From contig JARDVH010000140.1 in the NCBI GenBank assembly GCA_030324005.1, forward strand, positions 34,646,232 to 34,710,231: a DNA stretch of 64,000 nt. Direction: 5' to 3'. The stretch comes from Negaprion brevirostris. Lineage: Eukaryota. Shown here piece after piece: positions 23,921 to 36,932 of this stretch. A program made the position numbers and the translations under genes. The notes under the pieces were generated by a model. That model did not search any database. It was not told the origin of the DNA and saw nothing but the letters and a program-made list of their open reading frames with translations. Each line of letters begins with the position of its first letter. Within the stretch, counting starts at the first letter, position 1.

Positions 23921-24809
23921 CGCTTGTCTCTTCCCCAGCTGTGCTACTGCTTTAACATGTTGCCATGACACAGTTGCTCTTTTGTTCCCTACGGCTGGGA
24001 GTATTGATTAAATAGTTTGCCACCTTAGTTCTCTTTGCAGCCACTGAACCGGTCTTTCAGGGGTTCACCATGTATTGGTAGGAGTGCTAGCATAGTCTAC
24101 TAGCTGTAGGGTTCAGGCTCTGATGCATTTGCCTCTTGAGCCACATCGCTGTATCACATGAGCTGCTCACAAAAAGCATCTAACCTTTTTTTTCTGGGGC
24201 CCAAGAAATGTGTGAGATTATATCAATGAGGGTTACAATTTACTTAGTTTTTAAGGTTGCAAAATAGGATCATAAATTTTATCTTGTTCTTGATTTTAAA
24301 CTCAGTCTGTCTAATTAATTCCTTATAATCTGCAAGCATATATAGTAGGACTCCTCCACTATTGCTAAAGCATATTCTCACCAAATTCAGATTAAGCCTT
24401 GTTACAGTCAGTCCTGAAGTGGAAAATCAGGGGACTCCATGCCCCTCGCATGGTTGTAACAATTTGAACAGCTTCTAGTTCATCTGTTCGTTTTTTGTTC
24501 AGAGGAAGGTATTAGATGCCTGGGAGGAGAGTGCAGAACTGGAACAACATGACAAACACAAGGCTTCATCTTTAATGGCAGAAAATTGTCAGGGAGTTTT
24601 AAAAACTAAAGTTTCCATTTTAACACAAATGAATAATCCTGCTTTTATTTTAGTTTTGATATTGGAAGGAGAAGTATGGTGGGATGAAAGAGTTGATAAT
24701 ATGCAACTTCAAATCAAACAGAAGCTCTGTTGAAATGCCATTTGAGTGGCAAGCATGAAAGGATCTTTATGCCAGCATAATGATCACGTGTGAATCTTGC
24801 TCTTTATAG

Positions 24810-24964
24810 CGAGATCCAGGAAAGCTGCCAAAGGAAAATCAGCCCCTCAGGCCCGGTCTCAGCGGCAGGCAAAACAGTCGAGGAAGAAACAGTCCCTACA
24901 CGGTCACGGCAGAAACACTCGACACAAGACGTCACCTGTCAATGGAGTGGACATTGATGAGCTG
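24810..24964 (+). CDS. BAZ1B: BAZ1B exon (basic linker)
   Basis: tctttatag|CG AGA...GAG CTG|gtgagt; RSRKAAKGKSAPQARSQRQAKQSRKKQ...VDIDEL; phase 1 to 0. Confidence 0.92.
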
Positions 24965-25664
24965 GTGAGTGCCAAGTGCCAACATTTCAGGGCTGGCAAC
25001 AAGAGAGTTATAAAATGAACAGGTGCTTGTCTGCAAATGCTTTAATCTTGTATTGTGTACTGCAATCCAGACTCGAGCTAACAGATAATCAACTCCGTGG
25101 AGATGGACGCAACTAGCTTGTAGCTTCTTGAGCAGTGCCTTTTGGAAAACATTAAGTAGTTTTATTTTGAACAGAAATGAATATATTTCCTATTTTCTTA
25201 GCACCAATTCATTTTTTATTTGCTTTATTATTCAAGATTATACATATCTAAATAATGCTTATGTAAATGTCATGTGCAATGCAAGATGCATGTTAGCCTT
25301 GGAGGCAAGTAATGGGCAAATAGTACTAACCCCCAAAATCTGGTTCCAAAAGTAACACTTCCAACAGGAATGATGATTGTGTANNNNNNNNNNNNNGACT
25401 AATATCTGTAGAACAAAGTGTGCACAGTGTTTCATATTTAACTGTTTGCATCTGCTTCCTACCACACCATTCCCGAATCCTGATGTCTGAATTGTTGAGC
25501 TGTACAAACCAGAAAAGCCTCCAGCCGTACAGATCTTATTGGGCTGGTGGAGATGGTCTCAGCTGGTCTGGATTTAGGGAGGAGGAAATTGTCTCTGGTA
25601 GCAGCTTGGTTTTTGAATACCCTGTAAGAAGTGTGTGTTGAGGACTGGGTGAATGCTCATTGTT

Positions 25665-25915
25665 GAAGTTTGCATACGCAATTGCCTCCAAACCACACAC
25701 CATACTGAGTTGGAAATATATTGCCATTCCTTCATTGCCGCTGGGTCAAAATCCTGCAGTTCACTCTCCAACAGCACTATGGGTGTATCTACGACTACAC
25801 CCCAGGGACGCTGCGGTTCAAGAAGGCAGCTCACCACTACCTTTTGAAGAGCAACAAGGGATGGACAATTTATACAGGCTGAGCCAGTGATGCCCACACC
25901 CTATAACTGAATTTT
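25665..25915 (+). mobile_element. 3' terminal fragment of the LINE family at 8313
   Basis: GGAAATATATTGCCATTCCTTCATTGCCGCTGGGTCAAAATCCTG...GGTTCAAGAAGGCAGCTCACCACTACC...GGGATGGACAAT...GCCAGTGATGCCCACA. Confidence 0.75.
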
Positions 25916-26954
25916 TAAAAACTCTGCATGATATGATTTAATGAAGACAGGTATTCTGACAGAAATCTTGTGTATTTACACTGAGTTTGCAGTCTGTTTC
26001 TTCTCTAAGTTTGAAATGTAAGACCTGGTTTGGACTGAGTTCATCAAGTAGCAAATTATAGGCTGCTACCTCCTCCAGAAAGTAATAATCAAGCTCCATT
26101 ATTGTGGGAGTTTTTTTAATTACCTTGCTTGCCAGCTGTTGATGCATTATTTCTTATTGGCAGTATGTTCACTCACTGCAACCTTGCCCTATTAAAATAT
26201 TTCCAAGAATCAATTGTTGTTGCACTTTAGAAATATTTTTATGCAAACAGCAGAGATCTGTAACTCTATGATGAGCAGAATGCATTACCTCTGGCTTTGA
26301 GCTTTTCAAATTACAATGTTTATAGCATAAACTTGCTGGCCTGCAGCCTGGCATTTGTGCCCAAAAATATTTTGGCTATATCCTAAAATCCCTCCTTCCA
26401 AGAAAATCCTTCTTCAGGAAAAGGGGAAAATGTAGAGAAAATGCTGGTGATAAAGATGTGTTTACATACTGATTTTCATGGTTACAGGATGGTGTTTCCC
26501 AATCAAGTGCAGTGAAGACTCCCCAAGGTTGCCACGAAAGAAAGATTCAAAATCTATGTAATTAAACTAAAACTAACTTTCATCTTCAGCTCTGTGCTTG
26601 GCATCTGCAAGACTCAATGAATCTCAGGCCTCCCGTGCATACGTGGGCAGGAAGGAATGCATGTGCAGAGTTTAGATTTTTTACATTGGTTAGGTCTGTG
26701 TGCATGACCAACGAGACTTAGAACTGAAGACAAAATTCCCATTAGCCCACACAAAATGCGTAAACTTAAAAGGGAGGTAAGAACCTTAGGAGAAGTAAGA
26801 GAGATGGAGCGGTTTTAAAAAAAAAAGTGAGAGGGCATGAAGTTAAAAATGAACTCACAGTAAGGGAAAAAGACAGAAAATAGGCCTCAAATTCTTTTTA
26901 TAGCATAGAGGTATGCCACAAAGTATAAAAAGCTGGGAACCTCTGCAGTATGGT

Positions 26955-27312
26955 GTCCTAAAGCACTTTCCAGCCAATGAAGTATTTTCGAAGTGCAGGA
27001 ATTGTTATAGTGTAGGAAGGCACTTTGTGTACAGCAAGCTCCCAAAATCAGCAATGTGATATGACCAGATTATCTGTTTTGTATGATGCTGATTGGGAGA
27101 TAAATATTGGCCTGGATAGGCCCTTTTTTGTGCTCAACTATGGGTTTCTGTTTGAAATCTCATCTGAAAGATGACACCTCCCAAAGTGCAGTTCTCCCTC
27201 AATACTGCACTAGAGTGTAAGCCTTGATTTCTGTGCTGAAGATCAGTAATGGGGTTTGAACCCACCACCACCTGACTTGCGTGGAAGTATTATCATTGAG
27301 CCACAACTAACT
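26955..27312 (-). mobile_element. SacSINE1/DeuSINE-like SINE
   Basis: AAAGCACTTT..CAGCCAATGAAGTA...CATCTGAAAGATGACACCTCC..AGTGCAG..CTCCCTCA (Deu-domain-like), tRNA-like head at right end; homologous to 30055-30487. Confidence 0.7.
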
Positions 27313-30054
27313 CTATGGGCAGAACTTTTTTGTATCCAATGTGAACAGACATGGTTTTAGTCTCTTAGCTNNNNNNCTTTCCAGAAGCAGAGCTGGGGAG
27401 AAATAGTGGTTGCCAATTGACCCCCTTCTATGGCCTATTCAGTCCCCAAAGGTATGAGGAAACGGGCAGCTGCTAGAGGGTCTCCTGGCAGTAGTCCAAG
27501 GATGTTTGTGCTTCAGGCAGGTGTAGAGATTCTCCCTCCTACCTGACTTCAGCTGCAAGCTGCACTGTGGAGAGGCTTCTCTCCATAATAGTGGCTTAGC
27601 TGAAAAAGGCTTTTTATTGTTTTTAACATTAAAAAGATTGGAAAGAGTCTCTGTCTCATTTTCTGTGGTTTTGGCCTTCCAGCTCAGAGAGCCTCTTGTT
27701 CATCTTAATTGGAGGTGAGGCCACCTTTTTCTCTGCCCAATTTGTTGAACATCACAGATGTGTCTGTTCCCCACGGTATGGGAATTTGAGCCTGATGGTG
27801 GGATCCTGAAGCCCATGGGCTAATCCTCACCTTGTGATTGCTCAATATATGATGGGCCTATTAGTTTATAAAGTCTTGTCCATTGGCTTAACTTTAGCAG
27901 ATCAATTTAAGAGTTTATAATTTCTTTTAGAATTCTTATGGGCTAACTGTGTGTTTCTGTTATGTTCCTATTTTTTTCACATAAGCCAGATGATCTCCAT
28001 TTATACTTAAGTTTGTCTCTGTCCTCTGTCTCCTTTCAACTATCTTCTGTTTCTCAGTTTTGCTTTTTCCAACCACACACTGTCTTACTGTCTCCCCCTT
28101 TCTCTGTCTTTATCTCTCCAGAAGTAAGGCTCCAGGCTGTATGACCTTCTCTTGGGCTTCAAAAGAATCCCAAACCTCCTTTTATGAAGAGGCTAATGAC
28201 CACAGAAATGTGAAGGCTTGCACCCTGTTCCCATCACCAACTACCTAATTTGTTTTTAAATTGTGAACTATTTTTGCAAGGGCTTAGCAGCGGTGTGAGG
28301 GAAATTCAGTTGACTATCCTGCCTTTGCTGTAGATCTCCAACTTGATGATGCTTTCTCTACTCACTTCTTAAAGCAGTAATTAAAAGATTCAATTGTGAA
28401 CTCTAGTTGTAGAGTATCTGCTGTTCACTGCAGGACCCATAAATAGGAGAGAAACATGAAGGAATCTAATCTTTTGGAGGCAGATAGGGATTTGGAAACA
28501 GGCCTACTTAGGGCAAGGAGGGTAAAGAGAGCCTGGGTGTAGGACATCAGGCCAGGGACAGTGTAGCAAATATCAGAAACCAAATGTTGCACTTGGTCCC
28601 TGCTGAGCATGTGCTTAACACCAATCAAGGAGAAAGTACCAATGACCAATTAGAGTTCGGAATTGTAGTGTTGCTAACATCGTTCATATCCCAGAAAATA
28701 GGTATTCAGTATAGACAAGTTAGCAACCATAAGGATCACTGTTCACCATATTCTTCCCCTACCCTGCCTCCCAAAAATGTTCCTTCTGACCCAGAGTCAT
28801 GAAATTCTTCCCTTTGAGAAATCACTATTGGCATTCCAGCTATGCTGTCGGGTCTTTTCTTCTTCTCCGACTTGGAGTAGATCAAGCAGGAGACGCCAGG
28901 AAATTATTCTCGGCTCGACAAAGGGAACAAGAAATCAGCAGAAGACTTCTGACAAATATCTCGGCAGAGATGCTCTGAACCCTTACACTTTGTGGATTAT
29001 TGTGAGATGATTCATAGGTTGTTAAGAAGGTTTAAAATAGGACTCAGNNNNNNNNNNNNNNNNNNNNNNNNNNNNNNNNNNNNNNNNNNNNNNNNNNNNN
29101 NNNNNNNNNNNNNNNNNNNNNNNNNNNNNNNNNNNNNNNNNNNNNNNNNNNNNNNNNNNNNNNNNNNNNNNNNNNNNNNNNNNNNNNNNNNNNNNNNNNN
29201 NNNNNNNNNNNNNNNNNNNNNNNNNNNNNNNNNNNNNNNNNNNNNNNNNNNNNNNNNNNNNNNNNNNNNNNNNNNNNNNNNNNNNNNNNNNNNNNNNNNN
29301 NNNNNNNNNNNNNNNNNNNNNNGTGCAGAGTGCTTTAGGGATGTATGTGTGTCTATACTTGTGATTGTGATTAAAAGGACTGTATAAGAAAAACCATGCT
29401 ATTCCTGTTACAAGGATTTCAGTAAGATGCAGTGGGCCTGTAAGATTCTCAGCGCCAATATAGATATTTCTTTCCAAGCATTCAGACCTGGTCTGCTGTT
29501 TACAGCCCTTATCACTAGTCATGGTAAAATACTGAAAACAGAACATCATACAAGGATGTTTACAAGATGGAAGTGTAATAATGTATTGAAACCAATGCAC
29601 TCAAGCCTCATGATTGAGGATCGTTTTTATGCTCGTGTTTCAATATTTGTCAATTTGTCTTCCAGTTATAGAAGTGCTAATATTTGCATTATCGAACTGT
29701 CGGATTTTAAAATAGTTATCTGATGCAAGCTAGGACCTGCCACTATGTATGAATTTCTCAATCGAGCTATCAAACAGACATGAATAATATTTCCATTGAA
29801 CTGTCATGAAGTCTATAATTTCTTGACATCCCACACATTCATGTGCAGAAATAGACTGTGCAGAGTCCATAGAATCCCTACAATGCAGAAGGAAGACCTT
29901 CAGCCCACCAAGTTTGCACTAACTGTCCGAAAGACTATCTTACCCAGGCCCCTACCCCTGCATCATCCCTGTAACCCTGCGCATTTACCATGGACAATCT
30001 ACCTAACCTGCAACTCTTTGGACTGGATCCAGGCTTAAGAATCCCCAGAGAAGA

Positions 30055-30487
30055 CTTAGTTTTACGGAGCACTTTTTCCATAGCCACCAGACATCTCAAA
30101 GCACTTTACAGTTGATGAAGTACTTTTGAAGTCTAGCCACTATTGTAATATAGGAAATGTGGTAAACAATTTGCAGACAGCAATCTCCTACTGACAAAGT
30201 AATACTGACTAGATAATTCTTTTGGAATGTTGATTGAGGGTTAAAAATTGGTCAGGACTCAGGGAAATTATCTGCTCATCTTCAAAATAGTGCCATGGAA
30301 TCTTTTATGTCCATCTGAATAGGCAGATGAGGCCTGGTCTGAAAGCTGATACCTCTGACAGTGCAATCTTCCCTCTGCCCTGCACAGGAGCGTCAATCTC
30401 GATTTTTGTTCTCCAGTCCTGGGGTGAGACATAAACACACAACCTTGTGACTCAAGCAAGTTTGCTACCAACTGAGCCACAACTGAT
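30055..30487 (-). mobile_element. SacSINE1/DeuSINE-like SINE
   Basis: CTTCAAAATAGTGCCATGGAATCTTTTATGTCCATCTGA core; ends GCTACCAACTGAGCCAC (reverse A box). Confidence 0.75.
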
Positions 30488-30829
30488 GTTCAACCAACTA
30501 AAACCCCCAGTGACTGGCCTACCTGTCTGGATCCCATTGATGATCCACCAACACTCTGCTGAACACTGCATCTTCTTTTGCCGACATGCTATATTGGAGC
30601 AAACTCAGCCTCAAAGATGTTCTGCATACCATTAGGCATTGAGTAGGCATTAGATATAGACCGTGTTTTCAGACTAGGCCTCATTTGCCTGCTCAGGTGG
30701 ATGTAACAGATCCCGTGGCACACTGTTTTGAAGATGAGCAAATAGTTTCCCTGGAGCCCTGAGTTTGAGCATCTTGTTGCCGGGCAGATCATATCCTATC
30801 ACTCCTTGTTAAATTCTTGTTGTTACTAG

Positions 30830-32575
30830 GCAGATCCATGATAAATTGAAAGTGCGCAGTAAAAAAGATTAGTAAAGACAAATATCTTAAATGGGAGAAT
30901 TTTTAATGGAGAACAAGAAATGGCAGAACAAATCAACAGCTATTTTAGTTCTGTCTTCACGGAAGCAGACACAAATAACTTTTCAGAAACGCTAATGAGG
31001 AGTAGGAATTGAGGGAAATAAATATTATTGGAAAAAGTAGTATTAGAGAAATTAATGGGAATGAAGTCCCCGGGGCCTGATAATCTACATCTCAGGGTAC
31101 TAAAGTAGGTTGCCATGGAAATAGTGGATGCATTGGCTGTCGTCATCTTAAATTCTGGAAGAGACTGGCAGATTGGAGGGTAGCAAATGTAACCCCACTT
31201 TCTGAAAAAGGGATGAGGGGAGAAAACAGGAAATTATAGACCAGTAGTCTGACCACAATGGCAAAAAGATGGTGGAGTCTACTTTGAAGGATGTTATAAC
31301 TGGACACTTCAGGAGTAAGCACAGTCAACATGGATTTATGAAAGTGAAATCATGTTTGATAAGCCTACTGAATTTTTTGAGGACATAACCAATAGAATAA
31401 ATAAGGATAACCAGTGAATGTGTTATTTTTGAATTTTCAAAAAGCTTTTGATAAAGTCTCTCATAAGAGGTTAATGAGTAAAATTAAAGCGCATGGGATT
31501 GGGGTAATGTATTGTTAAGGATTGAAAATTTGTTAGCAGGCAGGAAACAGAGCAGGGATAAATGAAATTTTTTCAGAATGAATTCTGCAGGGATCAATGC
31601 TTGGGCCCCAGCTACTCACTTTGCATATTTATGATTTTAGATGAAGATACCAAATTGAATCTTTTCCAGTTTGCTGATGAGACAGACCTAGGTGGGAATG
31701 TGAGTGGTGAAGAGAATGTTAAGAGCCTTCAAAGTGATTTAGAGAATTTGAGTGAGTAGACAAATGGCAGAGGCTGTATAATGGATAAATCCGAAGTTAT
31801 CCGCTTTGGACAGAGAAACAGAATGGCAGAGCACTATTTAATTAGTGATAGATCGGGAAATGTTGACGTATGAAGGGACATGGGTGTCCTTGTACACCAG
31901 TCACTGAAAGCAAGAATTCAGGTACAACAAACAGCTAAGAAAGCAAACAGTATGTTGGCCTTCATTGCAAGAGGACTTGAGTACAGCAGCAAGGATGTCT
32001 TACTACAGCTGTACAGGGCCTTGGTGAGACCAGAACTGGAATATTGTGTACAGTTTTGATGTCCTTACCTATCAAAGGATATACTTGCTATGCAGGGTGT
32101 GCAGCAAAGGTTCACCAGACTGATTCCTGGGATGGCAGGATTGTCATACGAGGAGAGATTAGGTTGACTAGACCTGTCTTTACTGGAGTTTTTAGAAGAA
32201 TGAGGAGTCGCTTGTTGAAATGTATAAAATTCTGATGGAATGGATAGATTGTGTACAGGGCTGATGCTCCCCCTGGCTGGGGGAGTCTAGAATAAAGGGT
32301 CACAGGCTCAGTATGTAGGGTAGGCCATTTTGGACTGAGGTAGGGAAAAATTTCTTCATGCAGGGGATAGTGAACCTATGAAATTCTCTACCACGGAAAG
32401 CTGTGGATGCCAAATCACTGAATATATTTAAGAAGGAAATAGATTTCTAGACACCAAAGATGTCAAGAAGCAAACGGAGAGAGGAATATGGCATTGAGAT
32501 AGTGGATCAGCCATGATCATATTGAATGGTGGAGCAGGCTTGAGAGGTTGAATGACGTATGGCTCCTATTTTCTG
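30830..32575 (+). mobile_element. CR1 LINE, 5'-truncated, decayed RT through 3' end
   Basis: KSPGPDNLH.RVLK, NVTPL..KG, NYRP, QHGFMK.KSCL, FQKAFDKV, FADET, VRPELEYC.QF motifs with stops; terminal GATCAGCCATGATCATATTGAATGGTGGAGCAGGC. Confidence 0.9.
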
Positions 32576-33613
32576 TTTCAGCTGCCCCATTTGGAATTAA
32601 TTAACACCATTCTTGCTAATTTTAGGATTTGACTCCTTGGCTTGTTGTATTTGGTGTCTGAAATCCTGCAATGTGACATGAAGCTCAGAGCAAAAAAATA
32701 CATTACTTTTGCAGATTGTATACAATCTCCCTTTTGATGGCTGATCAACCCATTAATTCTTAGAAGGACCATCTGAATAAACAATCCCTGTTCCCAAAGT
32801 TAATAGATGTCATGAATATTCATCAGTTTTCATATTTCCTTTACTCTACCTCATATCTGATGCATTTTATATATAAATCTGAGACTTCATTCTGGCTCCC
32901 AAAAAGAAAGGAGCCAACGGGGATACTCAATTCCGTTACTTGTGTTTACCTTTACACGCGTGTTGTAAAATTTACTTTTAGAATTCTAAATTCATTTACG
33001 ATAATCTCAAATGATGCCCCTTTTAGAACCTGCAAGAAACTGAGCTTTACAGCAGTTTGCCATAGTATCAAGTACTATCACAGAACTTTGGACTATTAAT
33101 AAAATACATACATTACAAAATGTAAAACCAAGGATTATAGTTAGTGAGGCTGTGATATCATATGAAATGTTAATGATTGTGACCTCTATCTGTCGGAATA
33201 AGATCTGTGATCAGTTGCTCAGTGAGTTTAATCACTGTGTAGCCAAATGTGAGCTAGTGATGTAGGATTTAATCCCATCTGTGCTGAGTTAACTGATCTC
33301 TGAGGCAGTAGAACTGATTTTGTAGTTGGCCTGAATAATCTTGGGCTAGTGGGAAAATTAACCACGGATGCTGTCACTGATCATTAGCCAGTGACCCCTG
33401 CTGAAATAGTGTTGTACGGACAAAGGTGAAGATAGGATCTGATATGACTGGCATCCTTACTGGAGAGATTAACACCTGAGTAATAGAGTGAGGTACCAGG
33501 AAAAGAAAACCAAAGTAAAAAACTGCAATCCTGATTATTTGAATTTTTTTATGAGAAAGCAAAATATTGAAATATAGTTGTGTTCCTAATCACTGATTTT
33601 TTTGTGCCTGTAG

Positions 33614-33720
33614 GTGCAACAAAGAACAAAATACAAGTCACGTAGATTAAACCTGGAACTGGCAAAGTGTGAAGAAATCCTGAACAAATTAATCAGATCC
33701 AGATATAGTTGGCCCTTCAG
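33614..33720 (+). CDS. BAZ1B: BAZ1B exon (start of bromodomain)
   Basis: gcctgtag|GTG CAA...TTC AG|gtaagg; VQQRTKYKSRRLNLELAKCEEILNKLIRSRYSWPF(R), with the WPF shelf; phase 0 to 2. Confidence 0.96.
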
Positions 33721-33851
33721 GTAAGGAAAAAAAAGTCATTTTGCACCTGATAGGGGTGTCTTTATTCCTTGTATAGATTGGACGGGACAAATAAAAATTG
33801 GCAAAAGTAGCTCTGAAAATAACTTTGTGGAAAACATTCGAGCCAGTTTTC

Positions 33852-34117
33852 TAGTGGTTAGCACTGCTGCCTCAGCTCCGAAGACCCTGGTTTGATTCCC
33901 AGCTTAGGTCACTGCCTGTGCAGAGTCTGCACATTCTTCCCGTGTCTGCATGGTTTCCTCCCATAGTCAGAAAGACATGCTGGTTAGGTGCATTGGTCAT
34001 GCTAAATTCTCCCTCAATGTACCTGAACAGGCACCAGAGTGTGGCAACTAGGGGATTTTTACAGTAACTTCATTGCAGTGTTAATGCAAACTTACTTGTG
34101 ACACTATTTAAAACTTA
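33852..34117 (+). mobile_element. HE1-like V-SINE, alternative-tail subfamily
   Basis: GTGGTTAGCACTGCTGCCTCA head, V-domain, tail CAGTAACTTCATTGCAGTGTTAATGCAAACTTACTTGTGACACT. Confidence 0.8.
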
Positions 34118-34702
34118 AATTATCACTATCATTGCACTTTGCTTGAGAGTCAAGTTTAACTCTAACTCAAGTTTACATTTCCAATTTACTACTGGGAGAA
34201 AGTTGAAAACACTTGACAATGATGCTAAACTTGTGATGAAAATGTATCCTTTTTTGCACCTACGACTACCACACATCCCAGAACTATGACGGGCCGGGCA
34301 TTTACAATTTCAATTTCTGCTTTCTTTGTGCTCGCGTACAAATTGTATTCATTGTACATTTATTAAAATATTTAATTATTTTTAATACGCATCAAGTATT
34401 TGTAAATTTAACAAGAACAGTGGGCCAGTTTTCATTCCTAAATATTACCTGAAAGGTTGTGTCGGTGCTCCCTGTAATATCCCATTCTCTTCAATCTCTT
34501 GCTTCAGTTCTGCCAGCTCTCCAGCCAGCTCATTTTCCATTGCCTGGATTCTTGCTGTGGCAGATACTTTGTATGTTTCACCCATTGCTCCACAGCTATT
34601 TATCAATGGAAGACAAATGTGCCGTCAAATAAGTGTTAGAATAGTTCTATAATTAATCTGTACAAACACAATGGTCTGAACAGCCTCGTTCTGCACCAAC
34701 TG

Positions 34703-34947
34703 TGGCATGGTGGCACAGTGGTTAGCACNNNNNNNNNNNNNNNNNNNNNNNNNNNNNNNNNNNNNNNNNNNNNNNNNNNNNNNNNNNNNNNNNNNNNNNN
34801 NNNNNNNNNNNNNNNNNNNNNNNNNNNNATGCTAAATTCTCCCTCGGTGTACTCAAAACAGGTGCTGAACTAGGGGATTTTCACAGTAATTTAATTGCAG
34901 TGTTAATGTAAGTCTACTTGTAACACTAATAAATAAACATTTAAACT
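34703..34947 (+). mobile_element. HE1-like V-SINE, alternative-tail subfamily (gap inside)
   Basis: GGCATGGTGGCACAGTGGTTAGCAC head; tail ATTGCAGTGTTAATGTAAGTCTACTTGTAACACTAATAAATAAAC. Confidence 0.75.
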
Positions 34948-35279
34948 TCAGCGCAGTATCTCAAAAGAACCAACTAAGAAAGCTGTTTCAGATGTATGAG
35001 ACAGAGCTAATTAATCTTGCAGTTCAAAGATTCACTCAGTGATCATAATATGATAGAATTTCACTTGAGTTTTGAGTGATGTGGTTAAGTCTGAAACAAG
35101 TATTTTGTATTTGAACAAAGGCTGTTATGTAAGTATTAGGGGCAAATTCATAAGTGTAAATTGGGAAATTAGATTTAAAAAATTGGTGGTAAATGAGCAA
35201 TGTGAACATTTAATTGTGGCTTACTGGAGAAATTAAGGATTGTATTAAATTGCAAGAAGCTTATGTTGCCAAAAAAGGT

Positions 35280-36780
35280 AGTAGTTTCCCATTTACCCCA
35301 TAGCTTTCAACTCCCTTGTCAATCTATCTAACTTGGCCTTAAAAATATTCAATGACTCTGTCTCCAGTGCTCTCTGGGGAAGAACATTCCAAAGATGAAT
35401 GGCCCTCTTCTCCTCATCTCCATCTTATTTTGAAACTGTGCCCCCTAGTCTTAGCCTCTCCCACAAGGGGAAACATTCTCTCACCATCCTCCTAGTCAAG
35501 CCTTCTTAAGATTTTGTATGTTTCAGTAGAACCACACTTCATTCTTCTAAATCCAAATGGATAGGGGCGTAACCTTTCCTCAGAAGATAAACCCCATTAT
35601 CCTAGTTGAGTGAACCTTCGCTGAACAGCTTCCAAAGCAATTATATCATTTCTTGAAAAAGGATACTTAAACTGTAAGTAGTACTTCAAATATAGTCTCG
35701 CCAAATCTCTGCACTAGTGTGCAAAACTTTTCTACTGTTTATTCCATTCTTCTTTCAGTAAATGACAATATTCCATTTGCTTTTCTAATCATTTACTGTT
35801 TGCTTCAACCAATTTTGTGTGATCCATACACCGGGACACCCAAATCCCTCTGGACCACAGAGCTCTGCAATCTCTCTCTATTTAAATAATGATTTTTTTC
35901 TATCTTTCCTGGCAAAGTGGAAAAATTCACACTTTCTCCTATAAGAACATAAGAAATAGGAGCAGGAGTAGGCCATCTAGCCCTTCGAGCCNNNNNNNNN
36001 NNNNNNNNNNNNNNNNNNNNNNNNNNNNNNNNNNNNNNNNNNNNNNNNNNNNNNNNNNNNNNNNNNNNNNNNNNNNNNNNNNNNNNNNNNNNNNNNNNNN
36101 NNNNNNNNNNNNNNNNNNNNNNNNNNNNNNNNNNNNNNNNNNNNNNNNNNNNNNNNNNNNNNNNNNNNNNNNNNNNNNNNNNNNNNNNNNNNNNNNNNNN
36201 NNNNNNNNNNNNNNNNNNNNNNNNNNNNNNNNNNNNNNNNNNNNNNNNNNNNNNNNNNNNNNNNNNNNNNNNNNNNNNNNNNNNNNNNNNNNNNNNNNNN
36301 NNNNNNNNNNNNNNNNNNNNNNNNNNNNNNNNNNNNNNNNNNNNNNNNNNNNNNNNNNNNNNNNNNNNNNNNNNNNNNNNGGATGTTAAGACAATTGGCC
36401 TGTAATTTCTTTCTTTCTTTCTTTCTTTCTGTCTGTCTTCAATAGAGGAGTTATATTTGCTATTTTCCAATCTGACGGACCTTTCTGGAATCTAGGGTAC
36501 TTTGGAAAATTGCAACCAATGCATCTACTAAACTCTGCAGCCACTTCTTTTAAGACCTTTGGGATGAAGTCCATCAGGTCCTGGGGATTTATCAGCCTTT
36601 AGTTCTTATAGTTTTCTCAAAATCCTTTTTCTGCTGATTGTAATTGTTAAAATCCTCCCTCCTTTTACTTAATTTCTCCGTATTTTAAGGATGTTATTTG
36701 TACCTTTTGCAGTGAAGACAGACAAAATATCTGTTCAAATGCTTTCAGCATTTCTTTATTTCTGTTCATTCCCAGACTCT
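35280..36780 (-). mobile_element. CR1 LINE fragment(s), with a younger CR1 3' end nested at ~35940
   Basis: Minus-strand PKVLKEVAAE..DWKIANITPL..NYRPIVLTS; ATAAGAACATAAGAAATAGGAGCAGGAGTAGGCC inverted terminus before the gap. Confidence 0.85.
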
Positions 36781-36932
36781 GTCTAGAGGACCCACATTCC
36801 AGAGGATTGTAACCTGATGGATGATCAGTCCAGTGTAGAATTTCCATTAAAACCGAGTGAATTTGATAGAAATAGTTGTTGCTGTTTTTCTGTTTAGAGC
36901 TAAAGTTAATACATTGTTTTCCCCTTTTCCAG

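Noticed and set aside
34260-34295. GACTACCACACATCCCAGAA resembling a ZNF143/SBS motif
   Set aside because: Spacing does not fit ACTAYRNNNCCCR and there is no promoter context.
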